Source: Nitrospinales bacterium (GTDB taxonomy: Bacteria; Nitrospinota; Nitrospinia; Nitrospinales; VA-1). From it: a stretch of DNA of 64,000 nucleotides. This document shows positions 11,307 through 18,643 of the stretch, in pieces. How positions within the stretch are numbered: position 1 is the stretch's first letter; each line of letters starts with the position of its first letter. The stretch lies in the NCBI GenBank assembly GCA_965223795.1, contig CBDCXL010000002.1:2624001-2688000 (forward strand), in the 5' to 3' direction. The position numbers and the translations under genes were made by a program. The notes beneath the pieces are model-generated. The model saw only the letters and a program-made list of their open reading frames with translations, was not told the DNA's origin and did no database searches.

Positions 11307-13013
11307 ATGTTGACGGTATTCATTCTGGTGGGCTCCTGCCTGTTTTTCTATTTCGTCGGCTATCGCCTGTACGCGGGACGGCTGGACCGCGACGTGATCC
11401 AGCCCGACGGCGGCCAGTCCACGCCCGCGGTGCACCAGAACGACGGCGTCGATTTCGTGCCCAGCAAGCCCTTGGTGCTGTTCGGGCACAATTTCGCCTC
11501 CATCGCCGGGGCGGGGCCGGTGATCGGGCCGATCATCGCCATGCACCATTTCGGCTGGGCGCTGACGATCTTCTGGATCCTGATCGGCAACGTGTTCATC
11601 GGCGCGGTGCACGACTACATCACCCTCATGGTTTCGGTGCGCAACCGCGGCAGCTCCATCGCCGACATCGCCGAACGCACGATGGGCGTGCGCGCCAAGG
11701 TGGTGTTCGCGGTGTTCCTGGTGCTCGCGATGCTGCTGGTGGTGGCCGTGTTCGGCGTGGTGGCGGCGAAAACGCTGGTGGCGCAGCCGGAGATGGTGTT
11801 CCCCACCCTGGCCATCATCCCGCTGTCGATGCTGCTCGGCTGGTTCATCTACAAGCGCAACGCCAACCTGGTGCTGGCTTCCACCGTCGCGGTGGGCATC
11901 CTGATCCTCAACATCTACATCGGCTTCAAGTTTCCCATACCCATCGAGGGTGAAATCTTCGGATTGAGCCCGCTGATATTCTGGTTCGTGGTGCTCATGC
12001 TGTACGCGGGCATCGCTTCGGTGCTGCCGGTGCAGATCCTGCTGCAGCCGCGCGATTATCTCTCCACCTACGTTCTGTTCGGTTCGATGGCGCTCGGCAT
12101 TCTGGGATTGCTTTGGGTGCAGCCGGAGATCCAGACCCCGGCGTTCCGGGGCGCGTTCTCCGACGTGCAGGGCCCCGTGTGGCCGATGCTGTTCGTGCTG
12201 GTGGCCTGCGGCGCGGTGTCGGGCTTTCATTCGCTGGTGGCCGGCGGCACCACCTCCAAGCAGCTTGCCAGCGAGGCGCACGGCAAGCCGATCGGCTACG
12301 GCGGCATGCTGACCGAAGGCGTTGTGGCGGTGGTGACAGTGCTGCTGGTGGGCGGCGGCCTCTACTGGGTGGCGCCCGCGGGCGGCGGCGTGGACATGGC
12401 GGCGCTCGGCTTCCGCGAGACGCTCAATTCCGGCGGCTGGATCCTGGCGTTCGGCAACGGTTTCGGCAACGTGGTGCACCAGATGCTGCCGATGCTGAGT
12501 TTCACCTTCGCGTCGATGATCGCGGTGCTGGCGCTCAACACCTTCGTGCTGACGACGCTGGACACGGCGGTGCGCATCACCCGCTTCATCGTGCAGGAAT
12601 CGCTGGGGCAGAAAGTGCCGGTGTTCCGCAACAAATACGTGACCACGACGGCGGTCATCCTGCTGGCTTATATGATCGGCGCGACCGAGGGCTGGCAGAA
12701 GATCTGGCCCATCTTCGGCGCGACGAACCAGCTGATCGCCGCGGTGGCGCTGATGGTCGGCTCGACCTACCTGATCGCCATGAAGAAACCGACCGGCTAC
12801 ACGCTGTATCCGGCGATTTTCATGGTGATCACGACGATCGGCGCGCTGGCCTGGCAGGCCTACCGGTTTTTCACCGCGCCGGAGCCCAGCTATCTGCTGG
12901 GAATGTCGTCGCTGGTGCTCATCGGGCTGGCGGTGTTCGTCGGGCACGAGGGCGTGCAGGCGCTGCGCGGCCGCGGTATGGGCACGCTGAAGCCGGTGCG
13001 TTCGGAGGCCTGA
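11307..13013 (+). CDS. cstA: carbon starvation protein A family transporter
   Basis: DGVDFVP, FGHNFASIAGAGPVIGP, ACGAVSGFH, IWPIFGATNQL. Confidence 0.95.
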   Translation: MLTVFILVGSCLFFYFVGYRLYAGRLDRDVIQPDGGQSTPAVHQNDGVDFVPSKPLVLFGHNFASIAGAGPVIGPIIAMHHFGWALTIFWILIGNVFIGAVHDYITLMVSVRNRGSSIADIAERTMGVRAKVVFAVFLVLAMLLVVAVFGVVAAKTLVAQPEMVFPTLAIIPLSMLLGWFIYKRNANLVLASTVAVGILILNIYIGFKFPIPIEGEIFGLSPLIFWFVVLMLYAGIASVLPVQILLQPRDYLSTYVLFGSMALGILGLLWVQPEIQTPAFRGAFSDVQGPVWPMLFVLVACGAVSGFHSLVAGGTTSKQLASEAHGKPIGYGGMLTEGVVAVVTVLLVGGGLYWVAPAGGGVDMAALGFRETLNSGGWILAFGNGFGNVVHQMLPMLSFTFASMIAVLALNTFVLTTLDTAVRITRFIVQESLGQKVPVFRNKYVTTTAVILLAYMIGATEGWQKIWPIFGATNQLIAAVALMVGSTYLIAMKKPTGYTLYPAIFMVITTIGALAWQAYRFFTAPEPSYLLGMSSLVLIGLAVFVGHEGVQALRGRGMGTLKPVRSEA

Positions 13014-13090
13014 GCCCGCATGCGGTTGGATTTACGGGCAAACTGTACTATCATGGGGCAACCTTCCAGAGGCAATGAGAGAGGCAAGGC

Positions 13091-13759
13091 ATGAAGCTCA
13101 GTGAAATTCTCGCGGCGCGCGAGAAAGCGAAACAGCAGGGAGCGCAGGGCGCGACGCGCGTGTCCACCGCGCCGCCTGCTCCGGCGGGCAACAAGGCGCT
13201 CAAGGTGGTCCGTACGCGCGAGACCCCCAACGACGACGCGCTGCAGTTCGTGGTCAACGCCGTGATCCTCGACAAAGGCAACCGGTCTTATGCGTCGAAA
13301 AACGACTGCGAGGACGATCCGATGGCGCAGGCGCTGTTCGCGCTGGACGGCGTGGACAATGTGTACGTCATGCAGAATTTCGTGACGGTGACCAAGCGCC
13401 CCGGCACCGGCTGGTCGCCGCTCAAAGACAAAATCTGGAAGGCCATCGACTGGCACGTGACGATCTACAAGGTGATCGACGAGGTGGTGGCGGCCGAGAT
13501 CGACGTCACCAATTTCCCCAACCTGTCGGTGGAAGACAAGATCAAGGGCGTCGAGATGGTGCTCAACCGCTCGATCCGCACCAACCTGGCGCGCGATGGC
13601 GGCGGGGTGGAAGTGAAGGGGATGGAAGGCAACACCGTCCGCATCCAGTACCACGGGGCCTGCGGCAGCTGCGCCACCTCCACCACCGGCACCCTCAAGT
13701 ACATCGAAACCCAGCTCAAGCAGCAACTCCACTCCGACCTCACCGTTCAGCCCGTTTGA
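13091..13759 (+). CDS. NifU/NfuA-like Fe-S scaffold or carrier (Nfu_N plus NifU-C)
   Basis: TPNDDALQF, DGGGVE, GACGSC. Confidence 0.9.
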   Translation: MKLSEILAAREKAKQQGAQGATRVSTAPPAPAGNKALKVVRTRETPNDDALQFVVNAVILDKGNRSYASKNDCEDDPMAQALFALDGVDNVYVMQNFVTVTKRPGTGWSPLKDKIWKAIDWHVTIYKVIDEVVAAEIDVTNFPNLSVEDKIKGVEMVLNRSIRTNLARDGGGVEVKGMEGNTVRIQYHGACGSCATSTTGTLKYIETQLKQQLHSDLTVQPV

Positions 13760-13761
13760 AT
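13589..13761 (+). repeat. direct repeat copy 1 (3' end of the nfu gene)
   Basis: Aligns with 14154-14325. Confidence 0.95.
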
Positions 13762-13884
13762 CTCAATAAGTAGATGAAGGCTCGATTCCGGAGTGGCGTC
13801 CACAGCCGCTTGCGGCTGGAAGCGGACATTCGATAAAAGGGAAAGCGTATCGGTTCACACCCCGGCGATCAGGGAGCGTTGTCA

Positions 13885-14127
13885 TTGAGCCAGTCAAAGT
13901 CAGACGACAATTGGGTGCAGGAAGCGTTGAACGAGTCGGCTTCCAGGGCGTACAGGTTGACTGTGGAAGAAGCCAGGGAAATTAAAAAATTAAGGCGAAA
14001 AGGGTTCCATGATTTCGCGGACGCCTACCACGAATACCTGCAACTGGAAAAACAAAAAGGTTCGCTCGATTTCACGCTGAAAGAATTTTGTGAAAAAAAG
14101 GGAATTCAATACCGGCTCACGAAATGA
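13885..14127 (+). CDS. hypothetical helical protein of about 80 aa between the direct repeats
   Basis: AGGGAG RBS 8 nt before TTG 13885 (ORF track starts at 13879); lower GC than the flanks. Confidence 0.6.
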   Translation: MSQSKSDDNWVQEALNESASRAYRLTVEEAREIKKLRRKGFHDFADAYHEYLQLEKQKGSLDFTLKEFCEKKGIQYRLTK

Positions 14128-14153
14128 ACAATGCGAAGAGACAGGCGCTGTTC

Positions 14154-14325
14154 GCGCACGACGGGGCGGCGTGGAAGTGAAAGGGATGGAGGGCAACACG
14201 CTCCGCATCCAGTACCACGGCGCCTGCGGCGGCTACGCCACCTCCACCACCGGCACCCTCAAGTACATCGAGACCCAGCTCAAGCAGCAGCTCCACTCCG
14301 ACCTCACCGTTCAGCCTGTTTGAAT
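14154..14325 (+). pseudogene. displaced duplicate of the nfu 3' end (direct repeat copy 2)
   Basis: 11 differences over 156 nt versus 13604-13759, 8 of them synonymous; CGSC changed to CGGY; 1-nt deletion at the 5' edge. Confidence 0.9.
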
Positions 14326-14484
14326 TTCGACCTGTTAATTGAAGATTTTTTTCGCTTGCATAATTCTTTATTTTTGATTATTCAGTCAATAAATTTTCAA
14401 ATAGGCGAATTAGCACTATCAATTATAAAAATATCGGCCTAGAAAAAAATTATATAGAAATAGAAAAAATTAAATTATTTCAAA

Positions 14485-14634
14485 TGGGGCGCTTGAAGTA
14501 TTTGGATTTTATGTCTTCCATCTGAAGGCGTTTTTTACAAGGATACCTGCTAGCTGCTTCACTATAACTACTATTATAGTAGCTATGGTGAACATATCTT
14601 TTGGGCAAAAGTAGCAATAACTTCAAGCGCTCCA
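14485..14634 (+). ncRNA. retron msr-msd non-coding RNA
   Basis: a1/a2 inverted repeat TGGGGCGCTTGAAGT (14485-14499) / ACTTCAAGCGCTCCA (14620-14634); msr-like hairpin 14511-14531; msd-like 16-bp hairpin 14558-14592; ends 34 nt before the RT start. Confidence 0.85.
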
Positions 14635-14668
14635 AATCCTTTTAATAGTCTTAAACTTATCCAAATAA

Positions 14669-16258
14669 GTGAATATTTATTTAGCTACTCCAAAACATTT
14701 GGCTAACTTAATTGGAGTAGATATTAAAAAACTTAATTATATTGCATTTCATTTAACTCCATCCAAGCGCTATCAAAGTTTTGTCATCAAAAAAAAATCT
14801 GGGGGAGCACGAGTACTTTATACCCCTATAGGATTATTAAAAACTGTCCAAAAAAATTTAGTTCCGATTTTTGAAAATTTATATGAACCTAAGCAATGGG
14901 TGCATGGGTTTACAAAAACGAAAAGTATTGTTACGAATGCCGCTTGCCACACAAAAAAGAAATATGTATTGAATATTGATTTATTAGACTTCTTTCCCTC
15001 AATAAATTTTGGTCGAGTACGTGGATTATTTATGGCTCGCCCTTACAATATTCCCCGCAAAACAGCCACCTTGCTAGCTCAATTAGTTTGTTTTGAAAAT
15101 AAATTACCACAAGGCGCTCCTACTTCTCCAATAGTTTCAAATATGATTTGCGCTAAAATGGATAAAGAACTATCAAGGTTAGCTTATAAAAATGGATGTT
15201 TTTACACTCGATTTGCTGATGATATAACAATGTCAACTAGCAATACTAATTTCCCATCTAATATTGCAATTTTTATAAAGACTGAAGGAAAGATCGATTG
15301 GAAAATAGAAATTCAACAAGATCTTTTAAATATTATTAATAATAATGGCTTTATAATAAATGATAAAAAAACAAGGTTATATACTAGAAAAATGCGCCAA
15401 GAAGTAACAGGCTTAATCACAAACAGATTTGTGAATATTCGGCGTACTTATTTAAGGAAAGTATCAGCAATGCTTCATGCTTGGGATAAATTTGGTTTAG
15501 AAAAGGCAGAAATAGAACATTATGATAAATATAGAAATAAACACACTCCGCCATTCAAAGAAGCTCCTTCATTTCAAAATATTGTTAAAGGGCACATTAA
15601 TTTTATAAAAATGGTGAAGGGGGAATTAGATCCGACATTTATAAAATTTTACAACAAATTCGCTGTTCTCTCACCAGAGCATAATTTGCAGCCGATCAAA
15701 TCCACAGAAACTAAAATAGAGGAATCGCTTTGGGTTTTAGAAACATTGGATGGGCCAGATGTTGAGGATTGGGGAAATGGAACAGGATTTTTATTAGAGG
15801 AAGTTGGAATAGTTACCTGTAATCATGTGATTACGAAATTTGTCAAATTATTCAAAACAAACAATCCGGGTGATAAAAAGCTGGTAACTAATGAAATGAT
15901 TAAATTTAGCGATCCTAACTTGGATTTAGCGGTAATTAAAAACCCGTTTCAAAATGTTTCAAAGTTAAAAAAGGGTAACTCTAAAGATGTGAAGATTGGG
16001 GATCCTGTAGTAGTTTGGGGTTTCCCAAATTACGAGGCTTTGCATAATCCCTCGAAATTAGATGCAAAGATTACATCAATAAAACCTGTTAAATTTGGTA
16101 ATAAATCTCAATATAGAATGTTTATAGATAAAACAATTTGGGGAGGCTACAGTGGTGGACCAGTATTAAACGAAAAATATGAAGTGGTAGGAATTGCAGC
16201 TAAAGGTGGTAACCAGGTTGAAAATCAAGCAATTTTTATAGACGATTTATTTTTGTGA
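14669..16258 (+). CDS. retron reverse transcriptase fused to a C-terminal trypsin-like serine protease
   Basis: KKSGG-R, NAACH (region X), DFFPSI, LPQGAPTSP, FADD, VTGL (region Y); then GTGF, TCNHV (His), DLAVI (Asp), GYSGGP (Ser). Confidence 0.95.
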   Translation: MNIYLATPKHLANLIGVDIKKLNYIAFHLTPSKRYQSFVIKKKSGGARVLYTPIGLLKTVQKNLVPIFENLYEPKQWVHGFTKTKSIVTNAACHTKKKYVLNIDLLDFFPSINFGRVRGLFMARPYNIPRKTATLLAQLVCFENKLPQGAPTSPIVSNMICAKMDKELSRLAYKNGCFYTRFADDITMSTSNTNFPSNIAIFIKTEGKIDWKIEIQQDLLNIINNNGFIINDKKTRLYTRKMRQEVTGLITNRFVNIRRTYLRKVSAMLHAWDKFGLEKAEIEHYDKYRNKHTPPFKEAPSFQNIVKGHINFIKMVKGELDPTFIKFYNKFAVLSPEHNLQPIKSTETKIEESLWVLETLDGPDVEDWGNGTGFLLEEVGIVTCNHVITKFVKLFKTNNPGDKKLVTNEMIKFSDPNLDLAVIKNPFQNVSKLKKGNSKDVKIGDPVVVWGFPNYEALHNPSKLDAKITSIKPVKFGNKSQYRMFIDKTIWGGYSGGPVLNEKYEVVGIAAKGGNQVENQAIFIDDLFL

Positions 16259-16356
16259 GTCGACTATTTTGAAAAAACCTTTCTAAAGCGTTGGTAAACT
16301 TGACGTTCTCTGTTTTTCCTCTTCGTGGTAAACTCCAATTTCCCTTCCCCATCAAT

Positions 16357-17007
16357 TCAAGGTCTCCACGGCTCCATGCGGTAGGCGCTGTCCCAGAACA
16401 TCCATTCCAGGCGGGTGGAGACGACGAACGCGTCGAGCATGCGTTCAGTCTGTTCCTTGCTGGACCGTGCGGCCACGCGGTCGGTCAGGTCGATGGCGTT
16501 CTGGACGACCTGCTGGAATTCGTCTCCGGAATAGGTGTCGATCCATTTCTGGTAGGGGTTGTCTTTCGCCGCGCTGCGGTGGATGTGCAGGCCCACTTCC
16601 CGGTAAATCCAGAAACAGGGGAGCAGTGCCCCCAGGGCTTCCTCGTAGGTTGCGTGAACGGCGGTGGACATCAGAAAGTGGGTGTAGGAAAAGCATCCCG
16701 GCGCTTTTTCGACGTCCAGTTTGATGCCGTAAAATTCGAAATAAAATTCGTGCAGGCCGCGTTCGGCGACGATGGCGCCTTTGGAAAAGTCGAGCAGCAG
16801 GACCAGGTCGTCCGGATTTTGCGCCTTCGACGCGGCCAGCGCCAGCGCACGGGCAAAATCCACCAGATACAGCGAATCCTGCTTCATATAAAACTGAAAT
16901 TTCTCTTTTGCCAGCGTCCCCTGAGCCAGTTCCTGATTGAAGGGATGCTCGATGATCGATTGGTACAGCGGCGCGATCGCTTCCCACGCCGTTTTGGAAA
17001 AAGACAT
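16357..17007 (-). CDS. tenA: thiaminase II
   Basis: HPFNQELAQGTL, YMKQDSLYL, LLPCFWIY, NPYQKWIDTY, EWMFWD. Confidence 0.95.
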   Translation of the reverse strand: MSFSKTAWEAIAPLYQSIIEHPFNQELAQGTLAKEKFQFYMKQDSLYLVDFARALALAASKAQNPDDLVLLLDFSKGAIVAERGLHEFYFEFYGIKLDVEKAPGCFSYTHFLMSTAVHATYEEALGALLPCFWIYREVGLHIHRSAAKDNPYQKWIDTYSGDEFQQVVQNAIDLTDRVAARSSKEQTERMLDAFVVSTRLEWMFWDSAYRMEPWRP

Positions 17008-17017
17008 GCTTGCTCCT

Positions 17018-17833
17018 TTATGGTTTCCAGGTCTGATAAAAATGCTTCACGGGGCCTTGCCCCTTGCCGAGTTGGTAATGGGCTCCAGCTTCCAGCGCGC
17101 CGGTGAGGTACTCTTTGGCTTTGATGACCGCTTCTTCAAGGGAGAAGGAACGCGCCAGTAACGCGGCGATCGCCGCGGAGAACGTGCAGCCGGTCCCGTG
17201 TACGTTGTTTGTCTGCACCCGTTTTTGCCGGAGCCAGCGAACGGGTTCCTCCCGGATGGACAAGCAGTCGTCGCTGGATTCCTTTAAGAGACTGCCGCCT
17301 TTCACCACCACCGCGCGCGGCCCCAGCTGAACGAGTTCGTTCGCGGCCTGTTCCATGCCGTCGCGGCTTTCGATGGGATGCCCCAGTATGGCCTGCGCTT
17401 CCGCAATGTTTGGCGTGAGTACGGTTGCCAATGGAACGATCTCTCTTATGAACAGTTCGGTGGCGTCTTCAAGCAGCAGGCGGTCGCCGCTTTTGGCGAA
17501 CATGACGGGATCGACCACAAAGCTGGTGTCGGGATTTTGCCGCATGAACTCCGCCACCACGCGGATGACGGGCTCGTTGAACAGCATGCCGGTTTTGACC
17601 GCGTCCACGCCCACATCTTCCAGAATCGTGTCGATCTGTTGGGCGACGAATTCAGCGGGGATCTCCTGAACGCCGCGGACCCCCTGCGTGTTCTGGGCGG
17701 TCAATGCGGTGATCACGGACATTCCGTAGCAGCCGAGTGCGGAAAAGGTTTTCAGGTCGGCCTGGATGCCCGCGCCGCCGCTGTTGTCCGAACCGGCGAT
17801 GGTCAACGTGCGAATGTATTCTGATTTGCTGAT
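17018..17833 (-). CDS. thiD: hydroxymethylpyrimidine/phosphomethylpyrimidine kinase
   Basis: LTIAGSDNSGGAGIQADLKTF, TAQNT, VDPVM, HGTGCTFS; start uncertain (ATC 17833 or TTG 17806). Confidence 0.93.
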   Translation of the reverse strand: MSKSEYIRTLTIAGSDNSGGAGIQADLKTFSALGCYGMSVITALTAQNTQGVRGVQEIPAEFVAQQIDTILEDVGVDAVKTGMLFNEPVIRVVAEFMRQNPDTSFVVDPVMFAKSGDRLLLEDATELFIREIVPLATVLTPNIAEAQAILGHPIESRDGMEQAANELVQLGPRAVVVKGGSLLKESSDDCLSIREEPVRWLRQKRVQTNNVHGTGCTFSAAIAALLARSFSLEEAVIKAKEYLTGALEAGAHYQLGKGQGPVKHFYQTWKP

Positions 17834-17943
17834 CGGGAAATCCTGAAAAAGGGTTGTATGAGATTTTAAATATTCAATTTAATAACGAAACATAACAGAA
17901 ACAAAACACATTCCTGACTTCAAATTTCATTCTGTCCTTTACT

Positions 17944-18008
17944 TTTCTTTGCGTCTTCGCGGCATTGCGCGATGCAGCTTTTTGTTTTTATCCTGTTCAT
18001 CCTGTCCC
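17944..18008. repeat. short intergenic repeats (families B and A)
   Basis: CTTTGCGTCTTCGCGGCATTGCGCGA and TTTTATCCTGTTCATCCTGTCCC match copies at 25128-25192. Confidence 0.7.
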
Positions 18009-18015
18009 GTATTGT

Positions 18016-18633
18016 TTACTCTGCATCACTTTGCGCGGCTCGCTGCATGAACCAGCCGGGGACGCCGAGAGTGACATCCTGCGCGATCACTTCGAAGCCG
18101 AAGCGCTGGTAGAGCCGGACGTTCTCCTCTTTTTCGGCTTCGAGGTAGACCGCCGCGCCTTCCGCATCCATCTTTTCGCAGCAGGTTTTGAGCAGGGCGC
18201 TGCCGATCCCCTTACCCTGAAAGGGGCGGTCGACGGCGATCGGTCCCAGGTGCCAGTGCGCGGTTTTCGGATCGTGCCGGTTCCAGCCGGACTGCCAGCG
18301 CGCCACGCGCGGGATCGCCCGCAGGCCCGCTCCCGCCAGCAGCGCCGGCAGGACGCACAGTTTTTCGAAGAATGTGGCCTGGCAGCGTCCCTGTTCCAAC
18401 AGGGCGCACACGCCGGCGAGCGTGTTTCCGTCAAACGCTCCGAACACCACGCCCTTTTTCCGGTACTGCTCCAGCACGACGCCGAATTTGCGAATCAGTG
18501 CCGCCTCGCGGCGTCCGGGATCGCCTTTGTACACCTGAATGAATATGGGGTTGTCGCGCATGCCCCGGCCCACAATCTTCGCCGCGGCGGGAATCTCGGT
18601 CTGTGCGAGCGCGCGGATCTGGGGCGGATTCAT
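18016..18633 (-). CDS. GNAT family N-acetyltransferase
   Basis: HWHLGPIAV, FQGKGIGSALL, NVRLYQRFGF. Confidence 0.92.
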   Translation of the reverse strand: MNPPQIRALAQTEIPAAAKIVGRGMRDNPIFIQVYKGDPGRREAALIRKFGVVLEQYRKKGVVFGAFDGNTLAGVCALLEQGRCQATFFEKLCVLPALLAGAGLRAIPRVARWQSGWNRHDPKTAHWHLGPIAVDRPFQGKGIGSALLKTCCEKMDAEGAAVYLEAEKEENVRLYQRFGFEVIAQDVTLGVPGWFMQRAAQSDAE

Positions 18634-18643
18634 CGTGCGGGCT

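Noticed and set aside
14090..14323. 77-aa ORF as a second nifU gene
   Set aside because: It is a chance fusion of unrelated sequence to the duplicated fragment, and the CxxC motif is lost
13604..16258. Diversity-generating retroelement (a repeat pair next to an RT)
   Set aside because: The differences are not adenine-specific (only 2 of 11 have A in the would-be template) and are mostly synonymous; the RT has retron motifs and there is no avd-like gene
14669..16258. Group II intron or CRISPR-associated RT
   Set aside because: No maturase or Cas1 domain and no interrupted host gene; NAxxH, VTG and the a1/a2 repeat indicate a retron
17845..17940. TPP riboswitch upstream of thiD-tenA
   Set aside because: No CUGAGA/GGGAA core is visible on the minus strand
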